64,000 nucleotides of DNA, from positions 32,001 to 96,000 of the forward strand of contig JBDRKL010000004.1 in assembly GCA_043814055.1 (NCBI GenBank), written 5' to 3'. Position numbers and translations under genes: made by a program. Of the stretch, positions 38,123 through 46,855 are shown piece by piece; within the stretch, counting starts at the first letter, position 1, and every line of letters begins with the position of its first letter. A model generated the notes under the pieces. The model was given only the letters and a program-made list of their open reading frames with translations, did no database searches and was not told the DNA's origin. This stretch comes from an archaeon (GTDB lineage: Archaea; Undinarchaeota; Undinarchaeia; Undinarchaeales; JBDRKL01).

Positions 38123-40168
38123 TTAGCTTATAACGATACGTTCAGTAGTCATATCACCTTTAATAATCACTATATCACCTTCACGGTAGATCTCTAGCAT
38201 TTGATTTGGTTCAATAAAAATACCAGATGGGACATCTTCTATGTTATATGGAACGTCTCCTTCAACAACTGTTGGATCTAGCCGCGGGTTTCTATATATT
38301 TCCGGATCTGCGTAAACTTTACCTTCTTCATTTATGAGTTTAAGATTATCAAACTTGGTCCAGTTTCTATTCTCATCACGAAGATTCATCATTATTCCTG
38401 TTTGGTCTGCACTAAACACCATCATAATATTTTGAACTATAATCATGCTGTCTATTTTAAAACGTATATCGAATGCTGTAAGGTTTTCCCTACCTAAACC
38501 ACCATAAGTGGTAATTGAATATTCTGTTCCCTCTTGAATATATTCAGGCAAGTGGAAGGTTGTGGAATTTTTTTCTTTGCTTGCTACACTAGCAATTTCA
38601 ATTACAAGATTCTTTAAGAGTTCAGGCGTTCCTATAGTTAAGTCTTGGTACGCCGTTTCAAGAGTATCTACGTCTTCTGGGTCAAATATATTAATAGCGA
38701 CTGCATCACTCAGGAGGCCGCACGTAGCTTCATAATGTGCAAAGAAGAAGTATATTTCCCCTTGGAAATGCTGTTTAATTTCTGGTATAAGCGTGTTGAT
38801 CTTTTCAAGTGGAAACGCCGCCCCGGCACCACTCGCCATGTATGGGATTCTGCCTTTTCCTGTAACGTCATAAATTGAAATTACTTTTGCTTTTTCGAGT
38901 TCGTTAAGGAAAGTTTCCTCTTTTATTAACTTATCCCAATCCCATAAATCTAATACTTTGATGTCTTCTGGTTCATAGCCGTCCTGTTTTGCTATAATTT
39001 CACTAATGCATATTTCCATGATGTCTTGTGCATAGGCGTATTTATTAGCAAGGTCACTCTCTTTTTTGTATTGGGCAAAAATTTCTTCTGCTTGTTTAGT
39101 AGCGCTAGTTTCACCAACCACTTCTTTTGTGTGCTCTATAATCAAATCTAACATGTCTGTGTTGTAAGATAATGAAACATCCATCACTCTATCGTTAAGC
39201 GGGTCATAAGCGTATACAGTATGTAACCACTTTTTTTCTTCTGGATTGTCTTCTAAGGCTCCAGTTGAATCCACCATAATCCATTCCCCATTTACATAAG
39301 CTTCTGTCCAGGCATGTCCTCCTGGATAAGGAATACCACCACCAAACATACCAGCCACCTCTCTTGCAGGTATTCCAGATGCCCTACAAAGGGCAGTAAT
39401 TAAAGTAGCCCAATAATCACAATGAACTGGAACTTCTTTTTTTTCTAATATTGCTTTTGGTGTATCCTGACCTATTTCATAACCAGCAGTCCAAGTGACA
39501 TTAATATCTTCCCTAACCCATGAAACAATTTTTTCAATCGATTCCATGTCCCCGGAACTCCCTTCTGTTATATTATTAGCCAGAGGAATAAGTTCTTCTA
39601 CAAAGTACTCCAGGTCCATAGCATAATTCTTGCTTGTAATCATATCTGGTTCAATTGTATCAGTCACCAAATAAGCTAAAACTTCTTCATCAGCCTGGTG
39701 CAGGTCAGTTTTCGATTTGAAAATATCAAAAAGTGATTTAAAATATTTCATTTCAGAATCAGTAAATCCACCCAAAGAGTATAAATCCACAAAAACCTGT
39801 TCAAGTTTTGGATATTCCTCTATCCCAGGCATATTTTCCTCTAATACAGCTTTGGGTTCTGGACAATCCTGCGGACAGGTTAAATATGTTTCTCCACCAA
39901 ATTCTTTACCAACTCCTTTTCCTCTAGGGAGTATTGTTCCATTACCCAGACCGGTTGAATATGTGTCCCCAGAGTCACATTCCCCATTTCCACAACAAGG
40001 AATTATTTTAGAATAAGAACAATTATTACCAATACACTCCTTATTAAAACAAGTCTTATCCGGACAATCCTTTGTAACCTTGCATTCTTTTTCTTGAATG
40101 CATCCGCTAATCAAAACAATTCCTACTAAAATTACAACTGCCCAAACATGGCAACTCTTAAGCTCCAT
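38123..40168 (-). CDS. Lipoprotein with Cys-rich module and transglutaminase-like domain
   Basis: HCDYWA..ALCRASGIPAR, HAWTEAY, WIMVDST (Cys-His-Asp triad). Confidence 0.82.
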   Translation of the reverse strand: MELKSCHVWAVVILVGIVLISGCIQEKECKVTKDCPDKTCFNKECIGNNCSYSKIIPCCGNGECDSGDTYSTGLGNGTILPRGKGVGKEFGGETYLTCPQDCPEPKAVLEENMPGIEEYPKLEQVFVDLYSLGGFTDSEMKYFKSLFDIFKSKTDLHQADEEVLAYLVTDTIEPDMITSKNYAMDLEYFVEELIPLANNITEGSSGDMESIEKIVSWVREDINVTWTAGYEIGQDTPKAILEKKEVPVHCDYWATLITALCRASGIPAREVAGMFGGGIPYPGGHAWTEAYVNGEWIMVDSTGALEDNPEEKKWLHTVYAYDPLNDRVMDVSLSYNTDMLDLIIEHTKEVVGETSATKQAEEIFAQYKKESDLANKYAYAQDIMEICISEIIAKQDGYEPEDIKVLDLWDWDKLIKEETFLNELEKAKVISIYDVTGKGRIPYMASGAGAAFPLEKINTLIPEIKQHFQGEIYFFFAHYEATCGLLSDAVAINIFDPEDVDTLETAYQDLTIGTPELLKNLVIEIASVASKEKNSTTFHLPEYIQEGTEYSITTYGGLGRENLTAFDIRFKIDSMIIVQNIMMVFSADQTGIMMNLRDENRNWTKFDNLKLINEEGKVYADPEIYRNPRLDPTVVEGDVPYNIEDVPSGIFIEPNQMLEIYREGDIVIIKGDMTTERIVIS

Positions 40169-40224
40169 GTTAAATTATTAAATTCAACTCAGTTATAAAG
40201 GCTTTTAAAAGGCAAATTAAGCGG

Positions 40225-41007
40225 TTACTTCTGCTTACCCTTGAAAACCTGCAATGCCTCTTCCGGCTTTGCGCCCTTGTGCACAACTTCCTTAATCGCT
40301 TTCATCATGCCTACTGGGTCGTGGCTCTGGAAAATATTCCTTCCCATGTCAACTCCGACAGCGCCGGCCTGTATCGCGTCATAGGCCATCTGCAGAGCGT
40401 CCTTTTCAGGAATCTTCTTCCCGCCGGCCATTACAATCGGCACTGGGCAGGTCTCAACAACCTTTTCAAACCCGTCGCAGTAATACGTTTTTACAATATG
40501 GGCTCCAAACTCCGCGGCCATCCTGCACGCGAGTGACAAATACCGCGCATCCTTGTTTAATTCTTTCCCAACTGCAGTAACCGCAAGCACTGGAACTCCG
40601 TTCTCCTCTCCCCAGTCAACCCACTTCGCCAGGTCAAGCAGAGTGTCTCTTTCAAACTTTGAGCCAACCATAATTGAATATGCAACCCCTGCGACGTTTA
40701 ACCGCAAAGCGTCGTCCCCGCTGACTATGCTGCCTTCGTGCAGCAGCTCTTCACTTAAAATGCTCGTGCCGCCTGAAACTCTCAGAACAATTGGAATGTC
40801 AGTCTCAGGTGAAATGTAATTCCGCAAAGCTCCGCGCGTAAGCATAAGCACGTCAGCGTGCGGTATCAAGGGCTCTACTGCGGTTTTGATATTCTCAAGC
40901 CCGGTTGTCGGGCCCATAAAGTAGCCGTGGTCAACGGCGAACATAACTGTCTTTCCAGTATCTGGCTTGATTATTCTTGATAAACGATTTTTCATTCCCC
41001 AGTCCAT
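40225..41007 (-). CDS. lsrF: LsrF-like class I aldolase/thiolase (DhnA family)
   Basis: MDWGMKNRLSRI, AVDHGYF, VKTYY, AGGKK, DMGRNIFQ. Confidence 0.85.
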   Translation of the reverse strand: MDWGMKNRLSRIIKPDTGKTVMFAVDHGYFMGPTTGLENIKTAVEPLIPHADVLMLTRGALRNYISPETDIPIVLRVSGGTSILSEELLHEGSIVSGDDALRLNVAGVAYSIMVGSKFERDTLLDLAKWVDWGEENGVPVLAVTAVGKELNKDARYLSLACRMAAEFGAHIVKTYYCDGFEKVVETCPVPIVMAGGKKIPEKDALQMAYDAIQAGAVGVDMGRNIFQSHDPVGMMKAIKEVVHKGAKPEEALQVFKGKQK

Positions 41008-41168
41008 TTTGAAAATACCTCCCTAAGGTAAGTTTATGATAGTTAGTGGTTTATAAAAGGGTTGTGGAGCGCTATCCACTATCTTTATATACTCCCGTCC
41101 ATATCTAATACCTCCACATCGTGATGGATCTTAGCATTCGTTAGGATGCGATGAAGAGGTGATATACA

Positions 41169-41690
41169 ATGGCTAAATTTGAAGTGCCACAGGCACTAGT
41201 AAACAAGACGTATGACGCTTTCAATTCCGCTTCTGCTAGCGGCAAGATTAGAAAGGGAACTAATGAGACCACAAAGGCTATCGAGCGAAAACAGGCTCTC
41301 CTCGTGGCAATCGCCGAGGACACAAGCCCTCCTGAAATCGTTGCGCACATTTCAGTGCTCTGCGACGAGAAGGGCATACCTTACGTGTATGTTCCGAAGA
41401 AGGAAGAGCTCGGCAAGGCAGCTGGAATGTCAGTTCCAACCTCATCCGCAGCAATAACCGAGGCGGGCGAGGCAAAGAAGGCAATTGACGATGTTGTCAA
41501 CGACCTCAAGGCGCTAAAGGCAGGCAAGTCCGAAGGCAAGAAGGCTGAGAAGCCAGCTGAGAAGAAAGAGGAAAAATCCGAGGCCAAGAAGGAAGCCCCA
41601 AAAGAGGCCAAGAAGGAAGAGAAGCCAGTGGCAAAGGCAGAAGTAAAAGAGGCTAAGCCAGCTGAGAAGAAAGAAGCTAAGAAGGAATAA
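41169..41690 (+). CDS. rpl7ae: 50S ribosomal protein L7Ae with long K/E/A tail
   Basis: [27 protein letters not shown]. Confidence 0.96.
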   Translation: MAKFEVPQALVNKTYDAFNSASASGKIRKGTNETTKAIERKQALLVAIAEDTSPPEIVAHISVLCDEKGIPYVYVPKKEELGKAAGMSVPTSSAAITEAGEAKKAIDDVVNDLKALKAGKSEGKKAEKPAEKKEEKSEAKKEAPKEAKKEEKPVAKAEVKEAKPAEKKEAKKE

Positions 41691-41695
41691 TTAAA

Positions 41696-41776
41696 AAATG
41701 ACGAGACAAAGCTTGACAAATAATTCCAGCTTCGTCTGCATTTCAAAGCAGATGAAGAGCAGGAGACTTTGAAATG
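41696..41776 (+). promoter_or_regulatory. Structured pre-start-codon element, copy 3 (before rps28e)
   Basis: AAATG..AGAC-A-AAGC...GCTT-C-GTCT.CATTT, then CATTTCAAAG-N18-CTTTGAAATG. Confidence 0.8.
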
Positions 41777-42040
41777 GCTGAACAAAAACCGCAGCAGCAA
41801 AAGGGCAAGAGCAGGGAGGACAAGCAGGCAGGAGCCTCTGAGTCTTACCCCTCCAAAGTTGTTGAGATAATCAGGCGCACCGGAGCAACTGGCGAAATCA
41901 CCCAGGTGCGGTGCGAAGTTCTTGACGGCAGGGAAAGGGGCAAAGTCCTCAGGCGGAATGTCAAGGGCCCGGTCCGGATGGGCGATATCCTAATGCTCAA
42001 GCAGACCTATATAGAAGCTGCGGAGATAAGGCAGGTGTAA
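41774..42040 (+). CDS. rps28e: 30S ribosomal protein S28e
   Basis: [24 protein letters not shown]. Confidence 0.95.
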   Translation: MAEQKPQQQKGKSREDKQAGASESYPSKVVEIIRRTGATGEITQVRCEVLDGRERGKVLRRNVKGPVRMGDILMLKQTYIEAAEIRQV

Positions 42041-42042
42041 AA

Positions 42043-42360
42043 ATGGCAAGATGCTCATTCTGCGGAGATGATGTTGAACTCGGAACCGGGAAGATGTTCG
42101 TCAAGAAAGACGGCGCTGTCCTGCACTTTTGTTCAATGAAATGCGAAAAGAATATGCTAAAGCTCAAGCGCAATCCAATCAAGACGCCGTGGACGTATGC
42201 TTACAAGAAATTCAAGGGCAAGCTCAAGGTCGGCGAGGAAAAGGTCATGACCGAGGAAAAAGTCAAGTCAGGCCCGACGCCGAAGATGGTTGACGGCGGC
42301 GACGCTTCAAAGGAAGAAAAAAAACCAGCCAAGGAAGCTCCAAAAGAGGGGAAAAAGTAA
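42043..42360 (+). CDS. rpl24e: 50S ribosomal protein L24e
   Basis: CSFCG, GTGKMFV, FCSMKC. Confidence 0.95.
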   Translation: MARCSFCGDDVELGTGKMFVKKDGAVLHFCSMKCEKNMLKLKRNPIKTPWTYAYKKFKGKLKVGEEKVMTEEKVKSGPTPKMVDGGDASKEEKKPAKEAPKEGKK

Positions 42361-42431
42361 AATGAGACGCAAACTGCTCTCGCAGTTCGCGTTCATCTCA
42401 AGGCTGAGTATATGGAGGAAACTTTGAAATG
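42360..42431 (+). promoter_or_regulatory. Structured pre-start-codon element, copy 4 (before ndk)
   Basis: ATGA-G-ACGC-A-AACT...AGTT-C-GCGT-TCAT, then CATCTCAAGG-N18-CTTTGAAATG. Confidence 0.8.
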
Positions 42432-42851
42432 GAAAAAACTTTCTCAATGATTAAGCCCGACGCTGTTGGGAAAAATCTTATTGGTGAAATTATAAAGCGC
42501 TACGAGTCAGCAGGCTTGCAAATCTGCGCTGCAAAGCTAATCAACCTACCAGAGGTACAGGTCCGCGAGCTCTACAAGGAGCACGAGGGCAAGGAGTTCT
42601 ACGAGGGCTTGGTTGAGTTCGCTCTCTCAGGACCTGTTGTTGTTATGGTCGTGTCAGGCGAGAACGCGGTTGCAAAGCTGCGCAAGGTAATCGGCGCAAC
42701 TAACCCAAAGAACGCAGAACCTGGCACAATACGAGGGGACCTTGCGAAAGAACAGGAGCTTCCGGCGAACATGGTGCACGCATCGGACTCACCTGAGAGC
42801 GCGGAAAGGGAGATTGCGATATTTTTTAACGAAGACGAGATTGTAAAATAG
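42429..42851 (+). CDS. ndk: Nucleoside diphosphate kinase
   Basis: MIKPDAV, PGTIRGD, NMVHASDS. Confidence 0.96.
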   Translation: MEKTFSMIKPDAVGKNLIGEIIKRYESAGLQICAAKLINLPEVQVRELYKEHEGKEFYEGLVEFALSGPVVVMVVSGENAVAKLRKVIGATNPKNAEPGTIRGDLAKEQELPANMVHASDSPESAEREIAIFFNEDEIVK

Positions 42852-42937
42852 TTCTGTGGGATTATTTGACTGAAGGCCATCAATTTGATTAGTGTTTTTG
42901 CAGCTCAGCATCTCGCTTTCTCTTTTCTCTCAGAGCT

Positions 42938-43031
42938 GTTACACCTTTATAACAACTAAATTACTTATCCGTAACATTTATATAGCACTAAAATAACAGA
43001 ACAGTTACATTTATATATGAGGTAATGTAAC
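42938..43031 (+). promoter_or_regulatory. Three GTWACA + TATA-like units at 33-bp period upstream of a wHTH gene
   Basis: GTTACA 42938, GTAACA 42971, GTTACA 43004, inverted TGTAAC 43026. Confidence 0.6.
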
Positions 43032-43033
43032 AA

Positions 43034-43282
43034 ATGAATAACAAAACCGAGGACAATGCAGTGACCAACGACGCCGACGCGCCAGTGACCGCAGACCTCG
43101 TTGGGCGAATCGCCGAGTACATTAAAAAAAATGAACACGGGGTTTCAATCCAACAAGTCGCAAAAGAATTTGAAATGTCGCGGTATCAAACGAACTATTA
43201 CCTCGGAATGCTGATAGGACTCGGAAAAGTTGGCGTCAAACAAATTGGACCTGTAAAGGTTCATTACTATAAAAGGAGGTGA
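43034..43282 (+). CDS. Small winged-helix DNA-binding protein
   Basis: VSIQQVAKEFEMSRYQTNYYLGMLIGLGKV. Confidence 0.8.
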   Translation: MNNKTEDNAVTNDADAPVTADLVGRIAEYIKKNEHGVSIQQVAKEFEMSRYQTNYYLGMLIGLGKVGVKQIGPVKVHYYKRR

Positions 43283-43285
43283 AAT

Positions 43286-43945
43286 ATGGCAGGATACGTG
43301 GTTGGTCCCTTGTACATAGCGTTTGCGTCAGTCTGGGGCGCCTTTGCAGCATCCCTTCCAGGAATCATAGCAGCTACAATTTTGTTGATAGTGGGTTTCA
43401 TTATCGGTAAGATTGTCGGCGCGGCAGTGAAGGAAGTGTTGCTCAAGGCAAACATAGACAGGCACATTGAGCTGAAGAGGGAAGAACTTAAGCTCAGCAA
43501 CTTCTTCTCAGAGCTAGTTAAGTGGATAATATATCTGTTGTTCATACAGCAGGCAGCATTATCCATGGGTATTATGGCAGTAGCCGCAGCATTCGGTGCG
43601 CTTCTAGCGTTCCTCCCGAGCGTTGTTGAAGCAGTCATCGTTGTAGCAGTCGGTTATGTCTTGGCTCGCTACATAGAAGACGTTGTCTTTGATTCCAGAG
43701 TATCATACTCCGGACTCATGAGTAAAGTGTTCTTCTTCTTCGTAGTGTACGTGTCGATCTCAATTGCGTTACCACTCGTTGGCATCGGTGGAGCACTCCT
43801 CCAGAACATACTGTTAATAATAGTCGGTTCTGTTGGTCTTGGCTTCGCTATTGCAATGGGTCTCGGACTGAAGGATATGTTCGAGGACATTTCAGACGTA
43901 GCTGGTCGCAACCTGATTCGACAGATGAAGAAGCCAAAAAAATAA
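43286..43945 (+). CDS. TM-helix repeat membrane protein (MscS-associated/CmpX-like)
   Basis: LPGIIAA..LIVG and FLPSVVEA repeats, AIAMGLGLKD. Confidence 0.8.
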   Translation: MAGYVVGPLYIAFASVWGAFAASLPGIIAATILLIVGFIIGKIVGAAVKEVLLKANIDRHIELKREELKLSNFFSELVKWIIYLLFIQQAALSMGIMAVAAAFGALLAFLPSVVEAVIVVAVGYVLARYIEDVVFDSRVSYSGLMSKVFFFFVVYVSISIALPLVGIGGALLQNILLIIVGSVGLGFAIAMGLGLKDMFEDISDVAGRNLIRQMKKPKK

Positions 43946-43957
43946 GCCAATACCTTC

Positions 43958-44151
43958 CAAAAAATTTGCTTGCAGGGCGGCATCAGAACTTCTTGTTCTA
44001 AATGCCATTCTCCCACCTCCCCAAGCTGTTCTGCAAGCACCTTTTTATTTTTGGAATGTTGGCTCTCTCAAAAAATTTGCTTGCAGGGCGGCATCAGAAC
44101 TTCTTGTTCTAAATGCCATTCTCCCACCTCCCCAAGCTGTTCTGCAAGCAC
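43958..44151. repeat. Two identical 83-bp structured repeats separated by 28 bp
   Basis: 43958-44040 = 44069-44151; each folds into a 15-bp stem. Confidence 0.92.
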
Positions 44152-44165
44152 TCAATTTTAAAAAT

Positions 44166-44546
44166 TCACCGCAATTCTATGTCTGATTCCCGCCCGAAGA
44201 CCGACGGCAAACTGATTATGTAGGAACCGCTCTTTGAAAGAACCACTATTGGACGTCCCTTCATCAGCGCGTCAATATTAATTTCGTAAACGCCAATGTC
44301 TTTGATCTTTATGGTCTCAATTCCAAACCTCTTCTTAGGTTTCTTTGCAGGCGCAGTTTCCTCAATTTTTGCCTCCTGCTCAATCTCCTGAATCTTTGAC
44401 TCAAGTTCATCTCGGATAATTTCAATGCGCTCAATGTCGTCATCCTGCTTGATAAAAAGAAACATTCTGCTGCCGCACGTACAGCCGTTCAGGATTGGAA
44501 CTGCGTCATCTTCATATGTTGCCTTGCATTTCAAACACTGGTGCAT
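44166..44546 (-). CDS. oapC: OapC/DUF2072 zinc-ribbon protein
   Basis: HQCLKC, ILNGCTCGSRMFLF, GVYEINI, GSYIISL. Confidence 0.88.
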   Translation of the reverse strand: MHQCLKCKATYEDDAVPILNGCTCGSRMFLFIKQDDDIERIEIIRDELESKIQEIEQEAKIEETAPAKKPKKRFGIETIKIKDIGVYEINIDALMKGRPIVVLSKSGSYIISLPSVFGRESDIELR

Positions 44547-44572
44547 TTTATTTCACTTCCATCACCATAGAA

Positions 44573-45025
44573 TCAAACCTCTGCGGAAACCTGGAATGAA
44601 TCTGGGTCTCTTTTTATCTTGCGTATCACGCTTGAAGGCCCTACCAGGGTCAATCCAGGGATCCTTGCGTTCTTTCTTGTTACAAAACCCACAACTTTTG
44701 ATATGGTGGCGTAAACAGGATTCTCTCTCTTCGGCAGGCTGCAGAACTCTATGCCGGCGAACTCTGTGTCTATGCTCTCCATTGTCCGCGCAACCAGCCG
44801 CGCCTCATCGTTCGGGTCAAGCGCTTCATCCAGTATCACGATGTGCCCGCCTTTAACATAGTCAAGAACGTTCAACAGCTTCTCTTCCACAGTATGCCCT
44901 TCCACTTTTTCCATTGACAGGAAGTCCATCTCCAGACTCTTTGACCTGCGGGCTGGGCTAGAAGCCTTCTTCTTGGGCTTGATTTTTTTCTGTGCCTTTT
45001 TCTTTGGTTTTGCTTTTTTTGCCAT
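44573..45025 (-). CDS. oapB: OapB/DUF2073 protein
   Basis: IVILDEALDP..EARLV..TM, FAGIE, GLTLVGP. Confidence 0.88.
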   Translation of the reverse strand: MAKKAKPKKKAQKKIKPKKKASSPARRSKSLEMDFLSMEKVEGHTVEEKLLNVLDYVKGGHIVILDEALDPNDEARLVARTMESIDTEFAGIEFCSLPKRENPVYATISKVVGFVTRKNARIPGLTLVGPSSVIRKIKRDPDSFQVSAEV

Positions 45026-45032
45026 TTTTGTA

Positions 45033-45887
45033 TCACATTGAATGGTCTGATATTGCCTTGTATAACTCATTCAGGTTGTTCCCCTTCAGGGCGGATATTG
45101 AAACAACCGGGTGCTGCGGGAACGCGTTCCTTATCGAGTCCGTGTCTGACTTTTGAAGGTCATTCTTGTTTGCAACAATGATTATTGGGATGTTCTTTGC
45201 CTCCAAGTTTCCAATCAGCATTATATTTACCTGCGTGAGCGGATCCTTGGTTGAGTCCATCATCACGAGAACCGAGTCCACCTTGTCCAGCCACTTTATG
45301 GCTTCAACAACGCCCTTTGTTGCTTCTTCTGCTATTGTTTTTGCTTCTTCTTTTGTGTATTTCCTGCTCGCTGAGTTCTTCTTCTTCTTTTTCTTTATGT
45401 CAAGCTCCTTGCAGAGTTCTGCGAGCTCGTTTTCCTTGATGTTTTCCTTAACTTTCTTTAATATCGTGGTTTTCTTCGTGCTTTTTGTGAATTCAATATC
45501 TTTTTCCTTTGCAATTTTCTTGAGATTTGCTAGTGTCAAATCACTCCACTTTGGCGTGTCTGAAATCCCTGAGGCGCTTTTCTTGTACTTCAGGAAATCC
45601 CTGTAGTCAATCTGCGTCGCGAGCCCCGGCATGTCCAAAAGATTCATAACTAGTTTCTTGTTGCCAGCGCGTATCTCAACGTGCTCAACCTTCTGAATTA
45701 TTCGCGTGGTGTGCGGCATCTCTGAAACTTCGCCAACGGACTTTCCAAGCCAGTCCATGGAAATCTTGTTTGCCAGAGAAGTCTTGCCCGTGTTCGGCTC
45801 GCCATATATGCCCAGCCTCACGGTTTTCTTGCTGCCAAACAAACTGCTAAATAGCTTCCTGATGCGATGTACTATTCTCTTAACCAT
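45033..45887 (-). CDS. oapA: OapA Era-like GTPase with internal basic insertion
   Basis: GIYGEPNTGKTSLANKI, PHTTR, DMPG, EATKGVVEAIKWLD, NKND. Confidence 0.9.
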   Translation of the reverse strand: MVKRIVHRIRKLFSSLFGSKKTVRLGIYGEPNTGKTSLANKISMDWLGKSVGEVSEMPHTTRIIQKVEHVEIRAGNKKLVMNLLDMPGLATQIDYRDFLKYKKSASGISDTPKWSDLTLANLKKIAKEKDIEFTKSTKKTTILKKVKENIKENELAELCKELDIKKKKKKNSASRKYTKEEAKTIAEEATKGVVEAIKWLDKVDSVLVMMDSTKDPLTQVNIMLIGNLEAKNIPIIIVANKNDLQKSDTDSIRNAFPQHPVVSISALKGNNLNELYKAISDHSM

Positions 45888-45931
45888 TGCTCCCGCGCAG
45901 GTATAAGAATTATGTCTATTTAAACTATTTC

Positions 45932-46510
45932 CTAAACCAGCCCTGCCAGCATCATCACGTAGAATATAACCGCAATCACAAGTCCTGCAAGCAGCATAAT
46001 CACGCCGTGCTTAAGCACAGGCTCCTGGGAAATCTTGCCGGTAAACACGCCGAGCAGGAAGAGTATAATCGCGACTATTGCAATTGAGGTGTAGTAGGCA
46101 TAGGCAATGCTAAGCATGTCAGTGTACACAAAAAAGAATGGTGATATTATCAAAAACGCAACGAGCATCGGGCTTACCCCGTCAACAATCGCGATTATTA
46201 TTGCCATTGTCTCCTTCTTCCTAACCATAATGGTGTTATGGAGCTTTCTAAGCATGTGCTTCTCCATCTCCTTCCTTGAGCGGGTGAGCTCGGCTTTTTC
46301 CGCGGCGTACGCGCCCCACATTCCTGAAATGCACATCGCGATTCCGGCGCCGACACTCGGTAGAATAATATAGTGCGGATCTGTAACTCCAGCGAAGAAG
46401 CTCACCAGCACAATGCCCAGAATCGTCAGTCCGCCGTCAAACGAGTTCATCACGACGTAGCGCCGTATAATGTCATTCTTTGCTATTTTCTTCAGAAATT
46501 TAAGGAGCAT
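45932..46510 (-). CDS. VIT1/CCC1-family membrane protein
   Basis: RRYVVMNSFDG, SGMWGAYAAEKAE. Confidence 0.85.
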   Translation of the reverse strand: MLLKFLKKIAKNDIIRRYVVMNSFDGGLTILGIVLVSFFAGVTDPHYIILPSVGAGIAMCISGMWGAYAAEKAELTRSRKEMEKHMLRKLHNTIMVRKKETMAIIIAIVDGVSPMLVAFLIISPFFFVYTDMLSIAYAYYTSIAIVAIILFLLGVFTGKISQEPVLKHGVIMLLAGLVIAVIFYVMMLAGLV

Positions 46511-46511
46511 T

Positions 46512-46829
46512 TCAATATTTGTCGTCTGCCAACTTTGGCACTGGAACGATTTCCTTCTTGCCGGTAACTACCTTGTCTATGCTGTGTATCACGCCGCCGT
46601 GCTCTTCTATAAGCCCCTTTATCGCACCAAAGTTTATGTCCTTGCCCTCTAGAACCATCTTTACTGACTCGGTTTTCTCGTCAATTTCGTCAACAGACAT
46701 GTTCACAATTTCAACAGTCGGATTCTTGCAGATTAGTTTGCTGAAATCAACTAGGTCCGGCTTGTGCGGCTTCAGAATGTCAAGTACAAGAATCCTCAGG
46801 GGTGATGTTGTTGATCCTTTTTTTGCCAT
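46512..46829 (-). CDS. DUF211 protein
   Basis: LVLDILKPHKP, GGVIHSIDKV. Confidence 0.88.
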   Translation of the reverse strand: MAKKGSTTSPLRILVLDILKPHKPDLVDFSKLICKNPTVEIVNMSVDEIDEKTESVKMVLEGKDINFGAIKGLIEEHGGVIHSIDKVVTGKKEIVPVPKLADDKY

Positions 46830-46855
46830 AGCTATGCCTTAATGAATCGTGTTAT

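Noticed and set aside
41698-41772. Leader peptides (MTRQSL...RRL*, MRRKLL...RKL*) as the conserved unit of the repeated element
   Set aside because: Copies 1 and 2 have ATC instead of ATG, covarying with the paired strand, so RNA structure rather than peptide is conserved.
43958-44151. CRISPR array
   Set aside because: Only two 83-bp units, too long for CRISPR repeats, and no cas genes.
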